42,614 bases of DNA from NCBI GenBank assembly GCA_008636045.1, contig SNRW01000017.1, positions 1 to 42,614 of the forward strand, written 5' to 3'. Both the position numbers and the translations under genes were made by a program. The stretch is from Streblomastix strix (taxonomy: Eukaryota). The notes under the pieces were generated by a model that saw only the letters and a list, made by a program, of their open reading frames with translations, did no database searches and was not told the origin of the DNA. Below are positions 1-11,806 of the stretch, one piece after another; position 1 is the stretch's first letter; every line of letters begins with the position of its first letter.

Positions 1-515
1 CTCCCCCCTGCTCACGTCCTTCAGTTCGTAAAAATTAACAGTTGATTTTAATTTTTTTTACGAGCAGGGGGACAACTGTTCTTGCAAAAATTTAGAAGAA
101 CAGTGGCCCAAGTCCGCCCAGCAGCCATAAAAGAAGGTGTTGGGTGTTGTGTCAGCCAAAACTGGCACGAGGCTTTTTGTTGTTTTTTTAAAAATTGGGC
201 AAAAATACTGGTGCGTATGTTTTTATATATCCAAATTACTAATTTTATTTAATAATGTTATACTATATAATATTATCATAAATTGAAAACACATTTTAAA
301 CTTGTTGGGGCGAACTGAAAAATAAATTTTTTGAGCATTAATTTTTAAATTTTTGTTGAGCGACAGCTTTAAACACATTTAATTTTATTTATTTATCTTA
401 TATTAATAATTTGGAATAATATAAAACTCAAATGCCAAACATTTATAAACAGCATTAATTTTTTTATTTTTTATTTTTTTAATTTTATTATATAAGTGTT
501 GTTTTATAATGTTGC

Positions 516-715
516 AGTAGTATTAGCCGACGAAGTTTGAACTAACTTATTATTTTCTCTATTTTAGTGCTGCTAATATGTAAAATTGAGATTGAATATT
601 CGAATGAGGATGCGAAAGCATTCCGAATTCGTAATATGAAAGATTGATTTTACATATCCAGCACTAAAATAGAGAAAATAATAGGTTGGGGCGAACTTCG
701 TCGGCTAATACTACT
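516..715. mobile_element. ~200-bp fold-back (MITE-like) element / long hairpin
   Basis: Arms AGTAGTATTAGCCGACGAAGTT (516-537) and AACTTCGTCGGCTAATACTACT (694-715) are exact reverse complements. Pairing continues inward (TATTATTTTCTCTATTTTAGTGCTG; ATATGTAAAAT) to an ATGC-GAAA-GCAT apex at 610-621. Flanks give only an imperfect duplication (TAATGTTG/TAATATTG). Confidence 0.7.
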
Positions 716-1039
716 AATATTGAACTTAGATATTTGGTAAAATTATATTATATTTATTTATCTACGTCTAGTATTTAAAACAACTTCATTAAATTTATCT
801 TTCAACAGATATTTACATTCTCAATAAATTGTATAGGAAGCATATATAGCTGTGAATTATATTCGATTAAAATTAATGTATGTTAAATCAGATTTAAACT
901 TGAATAATTTTCTATTTTAGAAATTTACTTTTCATTTTCTAATTAAAAATATATTAAATACATTTTAATATTTATATATAATTATTCAGGTTTTATTTAA
1001 ATAATTAAAATTATCATTTTTTGTTAATATTAAAGTTAT

Positions 1040-2024
1040 TTGGGGATGCTAACCCAACCACCCAGAGCCCGATCGACCTACCCAGCCAAGAAAAAAACTA
1101 CCCAAAATAAAAAAAAAATAAAATAAAAAATTTTTATAATGTGCTTAATTCAAATTAAAAATATAATATTTATATTTTAATATTAATTTATAATATTAAT
1201 ATATATATTAATATAGACAAACTGAATTTTGTCTAAAAAATATTTTTTTCAAAATTAATACGGGTTGTCAAGGGTAAACTCTTTTTCGCGCTCTGATAAT
1301 TGTACAGTTGACTATGTTTATTATAATTATGTGTAGTAATATCATTATCATATTTCTTTCATAATCAATTTATGTACTATTATCTTATAGGCGCACAATT
1401 CTTATTACAATCCAAATTTGGCTTTAAAAAAACGACCAGACCCAACCCAACCTGACCTAACCCGACCCGACCCGACCCAGTCTGGGTCATTCCAAACAAG
1501 AGTATTAACTACTATTCTTCTACAAAATTAATTTCAATATATTTTATAAATATATATTTTAGTAAAATAAAGGTTAAAATAAGTCTCTATTAGCACTTTG
1601 GGTAAAATTTTAATCTCGGCAATATTTACCTCAACTAGTATCCTTATCTTGAATTTTTATGTTACTTTTTAAATTTATATGTTTATTAACTTATTTGAAT
1701 AAATTACAATTACCATTATGATACTATTTGCATCAAACAAAATTATTTTTATTATTTGCCAATTTTTTTATGTATCGTTAGTCTTTTCTAATAAATAGTA
1801 TATTTTATAATTTAATATATTTAATGTATTACTAAATAACAACATATATACATATAATTCTAATTATTTGTTGATGATATTTAGATTTTATTTTTTTTTC
1901 TTTTTTCAATTTTTTCAGCATAAAGTAAAACGCAATTTTTGAAATATCATATATTTATTCTTACCCACAGAACTCTGATCGACCCACCCAGCTAAAACCC
2001 TCTGGATCAATTTGGCATTCCCTA
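1040..2024 (+). mobile_element. Non-autonomous hAT-like DNA transposon, copy 1 (most diverged, no TSD)
   Basis: Co-linear with copies at 9133 and 10156. Ends TTGGGGATGCTAA ... TTGGCATTCCCTA, ACCC(G/A) motifs near both ends and a central ACCCG tandem at about 1433-1480. Flanks AAAGTTAT / TTTATTTC do not match. Confidence 0.8.
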
Positions 2025-2135
2025 TTTATTTCATTTTCAAATTAATATTTATACAGTATCATACGTTACTTATTGATTTGATTCTTTTCGCATAATTTCT
2101 TATCATTGTTGTTTTAAATCATTATCAAAACTTCT

Positions 2136-3440
2136 TCAGTGTTCCAATTCGTTAGCATTCCAACTGCTCCATTAGTCCTGTTGTCTAGACATATCATCAT
2201 TGTCTTGTCGATTAATGTATATCATATCGCTTTGTACTCTTATGCTGTTGCTTGGTTCAATTCCTCGACCGACGGGTAGGGTCCCATAGAATGGGAGGGC
2301 AAGATGTTGAGCAATTGAACTTCGTGATAACGTACTATTTCCAGAGTGTTATAAATAACACCCTGTCAATGTACTTATATCATTTCGTTCAATTGCTCCA
2401 CCTCTTTATTACGAGACAATTTAAGTAGCGTAGCTTTGGCCGTGACTTCCCACGAGCTAAGACGCGATATCATTAATCCCTGCATTCGCAGCATATATAT
2501 AGTAGTTGCTTGCAGCTCTTGAAAATACACTGTGGAGTGTAAAAATGTTCAATTTTATTGTTTCGAGTCCTTGTCTTGCTAGTTATGTTGATGTTGCATG
2601 TTTAAATGAGTATGTAATTGCCAACAGATACCGATTTCGCGTTAAATGGAGTTCAACCAAAGACTGATTCGTCGTTTATCTGCTGATTATCCATCAGGTT
2701 ACCAAAAAAGACTCGCAATTTATTCAGGATCCATCCAATAATGCCAATATAAATGATTAAGCCAAGTGAACAATGTTGAATTAGGATAGATATTTGGATC
2801 TCCTGTTTTTCTTATCTCATATTGATCAATCGAATTATACGCTTTCGGAGATAAGCATAAAATAGCTGTTTAGTTTAAATAATCTTTGTTCGAAATGGTT
2901 AAGTTTATTTCGGCTGCCTTGTTTATTCTGATGAAACATATGGAGAGCAATAACGATGCAAGTTTCGTTTGAATCTCTATATCTGATAAATCTTTGTCAT
3001 CAGGCCGCGAGCTCCAGTAATCAAATAATTATCTTATATCCCACATATTAGTATTTCTTCCATTTATAATTTTACAGTATAAAACTGCTCTATACCCCAG
3101 TTTTGTCGGAGTCGATGTTATTTATAGTATTTCAAAAATGAGAGAGACATTGTATTTAAGCAAGATTGGAGAGTGCTTGCAGAAAGCGCACTTCGATTCC
3201 ATCTTGTAAACCAATTATTAACCTCCAAAAGTAAAAATTCCGGGCTTATTGAAAGAAGTTGATCAATACTGAGAACATGTTCGTAAGATAATTCTACCAA
3301 TGTTCTCATTGCATAAAGGTAATGTCTCTTCATCTCGAATCTCCGTCCATTGATAAGTAGTTGCTAAGCTCCTCTAGAAAGTCCTATCCTGTCTAAAATC
3401 TAAATTAGGAAGATTCTGCCATTCTCTTCTTCTGGTCCAT
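2136..3440 (-). pseudogene. Tyrosine recombinase ORF of the DIRS-like element
   Basis: Translation (TAA/TAG=Q) gives IWDIRQLFDYWSSRPDDKDLSDIEIQTKLASLLLSICFIRINKAAEINL (first catalytic Arg box) and YSFKHATSTQLARQG...RAASNYYIY (box II and Tyr nucleophile). The C-terminal frame ends at TGA 2136-2138. The start overlaps the pol end in another frame. Confidence 0.8.
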
Positions 3441-5440
3441 TAGGAATGCTGCTATCATTCCAGGTGGTAAAAAAACTTTTTCGGTTTTTCATGATTAGTC
3501 CTTTTATTTAGACATTGGCTTGACTGTCCAAAGATTAGATACCTGCTTAACTGATTCATTAGGTTCGTAAACCATGACTGGCTCGGCCACCATGGTGCTA
3601 TTACTATTGCTAAAGTCATCTCTTTGTTAAGGTATGAAATCACTCTTGAAAAGATTGGAATTGGAGAGTGTACTAATAGGACTTCGTTGGTCCATGTGTT
3701 AGAGAATGCGTTTATCCATTGGGCTTGTTAGTCACTTATGTTCGCTGTAACATATCGAGGTAATAGTTTTGTTGTTGATGATGCGAATAAATCGAGCGTT
3801 GGTTGGATGGTCCATATCATTCTTATTTGATCCAGATATGATGGGTGAAGGTGATAATCTCCTGACCTACATAATCTGCTAAGAGCATTGCTTATTATAT
3901 TTATCTTTCCTGGAACGTATTGTGTTACTATTTTTATGTTCAAATGTTGGCTGGTGAGGTAAATTTTCGTCACTGCTGGTGTTAAAGTGCTTGCTGCTCT
4001 CAGTTTTCTTAATTCGAATAATCATGTAGAGTTATCTGAACTAATTAAGAGATAATTTATCTGTAGCTCTTTAAGAACTCATGCGAAAGCTATTATTCCT
4101 AAGTGAATGGCCTGCAGTTCTTTCCTATTACTTGTCCAATGTATTTGGTAGCTTAGCCATGCTCCATGAGCTACTTGAACCTCTCAAGAATCTAGTTCCA
4201 GTGTTGCTCCCCACCCTTGGAGTGAGGCATCTGTCACTATTATTGCATGTGGAATTGGGTCTTATATTTAATATTTCTTATTTTCTGCTAATTTTTAATC
4301 CACCGGTAGAGTTCCTTCAGGGCTTCTAGCGGTGAGACCATCATTCCAGTCCAGCCTTGTGTTTTGACAGCTCTAGTTTTAGCTGAGTCTATTATCATCA
4401 GGTAGAGTGATGCTTCTCTGAATTGAGTTCTCAAGAAATTCAATCTTCCTATTAGAGCTGCAGTTTCTATAATCTTGATTATTTTATGTCTATATGTGTT
4501 CATAATAAATTGTTCGATTTTTTCTATTAATTGTTGCATTCTATCTTTAGTCATGAAAATATTCATTTCTGTCATATTCTAACTCCAATTGAGGAAGTTT
4601 ATCTTTTATTTCGGTGTTAATTGGTACTTTTTCAAAGCTACTATCCAACTAAAATGTTCCAAGATATTGATTATATTTTGTGTTTGGTAGAAATGCCAGT
4701 TTTTATCTTGATGCAGGAGAAGTAGATCGTCGGAGTAATTGAATATTCTGACATTTATTCTCTAACGAATCTTTGCTAAGAAAAGGATAAGTGCTTGAGT
4801 AAAGAATATTGGGGAATGTTTGCATCCAAATGGCATTGTCCTACATTGGTAATGGTGATTATCGACTTCGAAAGCCAGATGTACTCTATGTGGGTTGTAT
4901 ACGATTAAGTGGTGAAATGCTGATTTGAGATCGAATGTTACTACTTAATCGTTAGGAATGAGAAGGTATCGAACCTGTTCGATTCCATACATTTAGAATT
5001 TTAGTGGTTGGATTACTTCGTTCAGAGGACTTGCATCTAATATCTTTCTCCAATCACCCGAAGATTTAGGAACCAGAATGGTTGGCATCCATCATTTAAC
5101 TTGTTCTTTCGGAATCTCTTCTACCATTTCTTCCTACAGTTCCTGTTATTATTTCGCTTTATATGCTTGCATTTCTGTTTAACTCCCTTGGAAGGGACAT
5201 TTTGAGATTGAATATTAGATTCTCTTTTGACTGTTATTGTTTTTAAACATTTGGTAAAATCTTTTCTTAATTAAATCTTTACAATTAATTGTTTCATAAG
5301 TAGTGATGTATCTCATGCGTTTTCCACCAAGTTGTTGTTGTTATACTCGGGTTTAGATTCTCTAAGGAGGAGTCTCTGGTAGTTGCTCCTCCTATTAATG
5401 CCTCCAGACCTACATCAGCATGTGCCGTCCAGAGGCGAAG
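3330..5440 (-). pseudogene. DIRS pol: reverse transcriptase - RNase H - Dam-like adenine methyltransferase, disrupted
   Basis: RT: LGGKRMRY, VPKSSGDWRKILD, FDLKSAFHHL, MPFGCKHSPIFF, FNYSDDLLLL (about 4715-4750). RNase H: VTDASLQGWGATL, WTSNRKELQAI, SDNST. MTase: PTLDLFASSTTKLLPRY, NAFSNTW...VHSPIP, IAPWWPSQSWF. In-frame TGA near 5094, 4080 and 4023, and a +1 frameshift near 3502. Confidence 0.92.
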
Positions 5441-5446
5441 TTGGCG

Positions 5447-8400
5447 CTGTCAGCGGCCCTTCTTCTTCTTACGGGAAGATTTAGAGCGCGATTTTGTGCT
5501 GCCTTTATTCGCTTCGCTCCTTCTGGTTTCTCATGTAAGTTCCAGTGGGCCTTCATTTTTTGGATTATCTGGAAGATTGTTTAAGTCTTGTTGACCCTAG
5601 GCATATTCAGGTTCATTTTCAGATTGTTCTTACTCCGGACCCATCAAGCGTTAGAATCCAAGGCTATCTGCACTTTAAGCTGCAATGTGACCATGTTCAG
5701 GTATGTTCATCTCATTTCCAAAATTCATGCTCTCAATATTTGCTCATTAAGCTGCAAAAACACTTGCAGTTTCTCCTCCCGCATGACATTATGCTATTCT
5801 CAATTAACGTGGGGCTGTTGAAACAATAGGACCATCATTTATTGTAAGTTTTGTTTGAGTAAGTTCCCTTTCCATCATCTGTTCCATATCTATGTCCATA
5901 CTTGATCCAAAATTAAAGTCACTCCCGCCGGTGATCTGCTTTATACAAGAAGATTAGGCGCTGCGATTTATGGTCCCATTGGCTGCTCCAGTCTTCCCGC
6001 GCCTCTGTCCAAGGACTTCTAACTTAGTCTACATACTTTCCTAAATAGGTCGATGGTTAGATAAATGGCTTTTACATGAGATTAAGCTTTATCTATACCA
6101 CTTCCTTTCTTTCATTTCCTTCTATGACCTCATACTTATAATTGTAATAGATCAGATTCTCCAAATGCATCAATATTGCTATAATGATTATCGTCTCTTT
6201 GTATTCGACATTCATCTGAATTATTGAAGTATTCTTATTAATCTTAAGAAGGAATCTAGCTAATGACATCAATATATTAATTAAAATTGAAGCTGGGTTA
6301 AAAGTTTCCAAAAGGTTGGTATAAGAAATTATTAAATCTTTAACTTCTAGCTTCCAAATTCATAAGCATTCCATCCATTAAAAATTTTTGAGCTTTATTC
6401 TGTACTCTTTGTTACAAATGGATCAGGTATTCTCATTTAGTCATGCTCTATTGTAGTAAAATTTAATTGTGAAGTCTTTAAGTTTCATATTCTGCTCTAA
6501 GATCCGTACCTATCGGTTATGTAGTTATGTTTGACCAGAAGTTAGAGGGATCAGGAAGTCCATATGGTTAATTTGGTAAACTATTAATTTTACAAACTGA
6601 AGAGTTATTATTGTTCATTTATCAAATGTTGTTATTTCTGCGCTTGTTACTGAGGTGCCAACATATTGTTTACAGGTTGGATCATATCAATATGTTGTGT
6701 ATCAACTGATCGAAGTAAATCAATGTTAATAGGATTGATTGGAGGAGGAGAGGCAGCAACAGGAGGATAAAGAAGATGATCTTATTCTTATTGTACTTAT
6801 TGCACATTTGGAGTTGGAATAAGTATTATATTGGAACTTGTAGTTTCAGAAGATTATTACATTGAAATAGGGGGCTAGGTAGATAATTAATAAATTTATT
6901 GTTAAAGTTGTATTGTTATTTATTATTATTATTAAATAGCAATTTACGGTAAACATGGAGTACCTTAAGGAGCAGTAGGTTGTTTTGATTATTGTTTGGT
7001 AGTAGGAGTTATATTTGATTTCCAAGAGTCAAAAGTTCTCACCAATTGGGGGAATGGACCACCAATTTGTCTTTGAGAAAGGTCTAGAACAACTGTATTC
7101 GATGAAGTTGCCGGAACTGGTAAAGCTGGAGGTCATGGAGCGACACTAAACAAGTTATGGTTGCTACCTTTAAAATATGTGTTTATTGCTCGATCATTTC
7201 TTTAATTGCCGTTTCTATTTCCCTTGAAAATTCTTCCTCTGTAGTCTCCTCTTCCTCTTCTTTATCTACGACCTTGCGATCTGTAATCATTTCTATAGTT
7301 ATATCTAGTCTTAAAATTCAGGTTATTTCACCCTGAATTTGATATATCATCTTGTCTGTATCTCTTTCTTGGATTATTCTAAAAAACCGTACTTTAATCA
7401 TTTTCATTGCTTTGCTATTCTGAGTCAGATTCAGGAGATTATAGTCTTACACCATCTAATTTAAGATCTGTGTCAAGCTCCTTCCTAAACTTTTTTCAAT
7501 CTGCAATTGAGATGGTTTCGCCTCTGGCGTGTCTTAATATTATTATCTCTACTTCAGTTTATCCTTCTTAATAACTGAGATGATGATAACCAGCGCCTGG
7601 TTTACCAATGTACTTCAGAAGATATGATTTCGTGGTCAAGTAGTATCTTTGTCTACTAAAGGAGGCCTGGTTGATTTTTACTTTAAGAGGTGGAGGATTT
7701 ATATCGCGTCCTTCTGATTCCATGTCAATCTCCATTACAGTATGAGAGTTCCTCGCTATAATATTATGTTTTTAGGTTTAATTGCCTTCAGAGTCAGCGC
7801 CCTTATTACTGAGGATTTTGAATTACAGGGAGAATTGGTGCGGTTTATTGTTATCGGATTAAGGCGAGAACCTGAGGTGTAGAATTTTGTTTATTAAGCT
7901 ACAGTTGTTCAACAGTATTGAATAAACTTCTATTCGTGGAAAATAAATGCTGATGAAATTGTAAATGTTACAGGAATTATAGTTAAAATGATGCTTGTGA
8001 GGATGTTTGTGAAATTTATGTCAAATAAGTTTGTTATTCTGATTTTGTATTGATTCCAAGAAGTAAAGTATTAGTGATCTAGGCTGGAGTCAACATTGCG
8101 CGTCTCTATGGAGGTTAAAGGTTTAAAAAGGCATTTGCCCCAATTAGGATTCCTTCTTCACTCGCGAACCTTTATCCCGAGGTTAATTATTGGATGCTAA
8201 TCTATCTCTACGTTGTCGCTAGGTTGGTGCGACCCATCACGGAGTTGTTGTTTCCATCAAATGAATGTGCGTCGATCCTAGTAACAAGTCTTATTCTTGC
8301 CATATTTGCTCATTCTACCTGCCTGAGGGCCAGGACTAGTTCGGAGACAGTATCAATCAATGTTTCTGTCAAATTGCACTTCAAAATGTGTTTAATGGTA

Positions 8401-8895
8401 CGTATATCAAGCTCCCAGAACTCTTGCGCATGCAACTAAAAACCAGAGGCAAGCGCGTCTATCGTCCAAATTGGCGGCAGGAGTTGTCTATCTGCTGCTG
8501 ATATTTCCGTGTGTTGTAAAAGCTGCAGGGCCCGTGTTGTGCGTTGCATTATCTCCAGAACCTGCGTGTTCGATATATTTGTTGCGTAGAAGTAAGTTTC
8601 CTGCAGCGGTGCTCCGGTGATGCCTTCCAGTTTTTGCACTAGCTATCCTTAAACGAGTGGTTGCGGTGTGATGAGTTGTATGAGTGCGTTAGTGACTACA
8701 GTGGGCGCTAACTGTCGATCGGACTGAAATACGTCTAAGTCTAGTTGCGCGACTGGCAAATCGACTGCGTGGCTCGAATTGGTGCCCAATATATGCGTTT
8801 GTAACGTGTTTATCCCACTGAACTAACGCGCGTTTTTTGAATGGCCATGATTTGCATCTATTCCTACTTTCTTTGTTCTTAGATGGCCGACTCAT
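5447..8895 (-). pseudogene. DIRS ORF1 (gag-like position), long, largely low-complexity, fragmented
   Basis: Long minus-strand coding-like stretches upstream of pol (QKLEGITGAPLQETYFYATNI..., GLPDPSNFWSNITT..., ending KSRSKSSRKKKGR-TGA near 5447) interrupted by TGAs and frameshifts. The gag call rests on position only. Confidence 0.55.
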
Positions 8896-9132
8896 AGGGA
8901 TGGACAGCTCGTTGGAGCGTCCAATCCCTACGGCCGAGTACGGCAGTATTGTAATAAAGAGATGGGTCAATTGAACTAAGTAGTATAAGCACATGGCCAG
9001 GGTTTTATTTATAACACACTCGTAATGCGAAGATTGATCGTTTACAGTCATCAATAGAATCGAAAGATTATTATTTGTGAAGTGATTCTTTTTATGATTC
9101 GAATTAAATAATATTCAAAATTAGAATTTTAT

Positions 9133-10122
9133 TTGAGGATGCTAACCCAACCACCCAGAGCCCGACCTACCCACCCAACCATGAAAAAACGACCCAAAAT
9201 AAAAAAAAATAAAATAAAATAAAATATTTTTTAAATGGTTCAGATTTGATTAATAATATATTAAAAACATTTTAATATTTATGTATAAAATGTTTATATA
9301 TATTTAAAAAATAAATATTGTTTCAATAAAAAAATTTTTTTTTCTAAAAATTAGCACGGGTCGTCATGGTTAAACTCTTTTTCGCACCTAGTTAATTGTA
9401 TTATTGAATAAATTTATTAAAATTATGTGTAGTTATATCATTATCATAATTCAGTCTTAACCAATTTATGTATTATTATCTTAGAGGCGCGCAATTCTTG
9501 TTACAATCCAAATTTTGCTTTAAAAAAACGACCCGACTCAACTCAACCCGACCAACCCGACCCGACTCGACCCAGTATGGGTCATTCCAAACAAGAGTAT
9601 TTAACACTGTTCTTCTAAAAAATTAATTTTAATACATTTTATAAATACATATTTTAGTAAAATATGGATTCAAACAAGCCTCTATTTGCACTTTGGGTAA
9701 AAATTTACTCTCAGCAGTGTGTCCCTCAGCTAGTATCCTTATCTTGAATTTTTATATTATTTTTTAAATTTATATGTTTATTAACTTATTTGAATAAATT
9801 ACAATTACTATTATGATACTATTTGTATCAAACAAAATTATTATTATTATTTGCCAATTCTTTTATGTATCACAAGTATTTTTTAATAAATAGCTTATTT
9901 AATAATTTAATATATTTAAATTATTACTAAATAACAACATATATACATATAATTCTAATTATTTGTTGATACTATTTAGATTTTATTATTATCTTTTTCT
10001 TTTTTCAATTTTTCAGCATAAAGTAAAACCCTATTATTGAAATATCATATATTTATTCTTACCCACAGAACTCTGACCGACCCACCCAGCCAAAACCCTC
10101 TGGGTCAGTTTGACATCCCTAA
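9133..10122 (+). mobile_element. Non-autonomous hAT-like DNA transposon, copy 2
   Basis: Imperfect TIRs TTGAGGATGCTAA / TTGACATCCCTAA. Perfect 8-bp TSD AATTTTAT at 9125-9132 and 10123-10130. Central ACCCG tandem at about 9529-9575. Confidence 0.9.
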
Positions 10123-10155
10123 AATTTTATAATGAATTTAATTATTATATTATAA

Positions 10156-11149
10156 TTGGGGATGCCAACCCAACCACCCAGAGCCCGACCTACCCACCCA
10201 ACCAAGAAAAAACGACCCAAAATAAAAAAATTAAAATAAAATATCAAAATTTTTTTATTGATTCAGATATGAATAAAAATATATTAAATTCATTTTAATA
10301 TTTATATATAATATATTTGTATACATTAAAATAATAAATATTGTTTCAATAAAAAAATTTTTTTTCTAAAAATTAATACGGGTCGTCATGGGTAAACTCT
10401 TTTTCGCGCCCAGTTAATTGAATTATTGACTATATTTATTATAATTATGTGTAGTTATATCATTATCATACTTCTATCTTAGTCAATTTATGTATTATTA
10501 TTTTACAGGCGCGCAATTCCTGTTACAATCCAAATTTGGCTTTAAAAAAAACGACCCAACCCAACCCGACCCGACCCGACCCGACCCGACCCGACCCGAC
10601 CCAGTCGGGTCATTCCAAACAAGAGTATTTACCACTGTTCTTCTAAAAAATTAATTTTAATACACTTTATAAATATATATTTTAGTAAAATAAAGATTAA
10701 AATAAACCTCTATTAGCACTTTGGGTAAAAATTTACTCTCAGCAGTATGTCCCTCAGCTAGAATCCTTATCTTTAATTTTTTAATATTTTTTTTAATTTA
10801 TATGTTTATTAACTTATTTGAATAAATTGCAATTACCATTATGATACTGTTTGCATCAAACAAATTTATTTTTATTATTTGCCAATTCTTTTATGTATCA
10901 CAATTTTTTTTAATAAATAGCATATTTAATAATTTAATATATTTAAATTATTACTAAATAACAACAAATATACATATAATTCTAGTTATTTGTTGATGCC
11001 ATTTAGATTTTAATAATTTTTTTTCTTTTTTCAATTTTTCTAGCATAAAGTTAAACTCTATTTTTGAAATATCATATATTTTTTCTTACCCACAGAACTC
11101 TGACCGACCCACCCAGCCAAAACCCTCTGGGTCAGTTTGGCATCCCCAA
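10156..11149 (+). mobile_element. Non-autonomous hAT-like DNA transposon, copy 3 (best preserved)
   Basis: Perfect 13-bp TIR TTGGGGATGCCAA / TTGGCATCCCCAA. Perfect 8-bp TSD TATTATAA at 10148-10155 and 11150-11157. Nearly pure (ACCCG)n at about 10553-10603. 8-bp TSDs and short GGGATG-containing TIRs are hAT hallmarks. Confidence 0.92.
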
Positions 11150-11806
11150 TATTATAATAAATAGTAAATTAATAATTGGAATCAGAAATAAATTTCAAAT
11201 ATATTAGTTTGATCGCTCTGAATCTATCGTACTTATCATTATTAATGCTTATCCGTAAGTTATGGTAGAGAAATAATTTTTCTTAACATTAATATATCAA
11301 ATTAATTCTGAAATTGATTCAATTAAAGCAAATAAACATGTTATTATTAACAAATCACTCTCCTTGATTCAACTCAAATTTATTTTGTAATTGGAATGAG
11401 TAATTCTGACAGTTATCGAAAATATTCTTTGTGGCTACAAATTTCAATGTCATCACATTTCTTTCTTATGCAAAATATCCAAATTAAATTATCGCATTCA
11501 TTCTTTGTCTTAGCTTATTTTAAATTATATACTTCGAGATTAAACATGAGTTATTTATTCTATTTTTCAGTATTTTACTATTTAATTAAAAATTTTCTAA
11601 ATATTTAATCTATAACACATGTCTCGTTTATTCTTTGCCCTTTCCTGCCCTAATATCTTTATCCGCACCATTAATTTTATTTTTTTTATCGTTGATACTT
11701 TCTTTCCCAATTATTTTAATTATTTTCATCAATTTGCTATTGAATTCATAATTATTTCAATTTTTATTTTTATTTTTAAATTTATTATATATTCAGAAAG
11801 ATCTTA

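Larger units (their letters stand above)
2100..9060 (-). mobile_element. Degenerate DIRS-type (tyrosine recombinase) retrotransposon; boundaries approximate
   Basis: Minus-strand order ORF1, RT-RNaseH-methyltransferase, overlapping tyrosine recombinase is the DIRS1-like layout. GC is higher than in the flanks and no introns are evident. Several in-frame TGA stops and frameshifts. No terminal repeats recognised. Confidence 0.9.

Noticed and set aside
1433..1480. (ACCCG/ACCCA)n as telomeric repeat or CRISPR-like array
   Set aside because: Short pentamer run without spacers, at the same internal position in all three transposon copies.
4020..6420. TGA read as Trp in the retroelement (all three stops reassigned)
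   Set aside because: Some TGAs fall at plausible Trp sites (VK*W) but others do not (SDNST*LF, AFA*VL). Frameshifts co-occur and host genes end in TGA, so decay is the simpler explanation.
1040..11149. The ~1-kb direct repeats as LTRs or split direct repeats of the retrotransposon
   Set aside because: They have their own TIRs, and copies 2 and 3 each have a distinct 8-bp TSD, so they are independent DNA-transposon insertions.
11200..11560. Possible minus-strand hAT transposase remnant (LSELLIPITK...ESDLL)
   Set aside because: Short, interrupted by stops and frameshifts, with no diagnostic motif; cannot be supported without a profile search.
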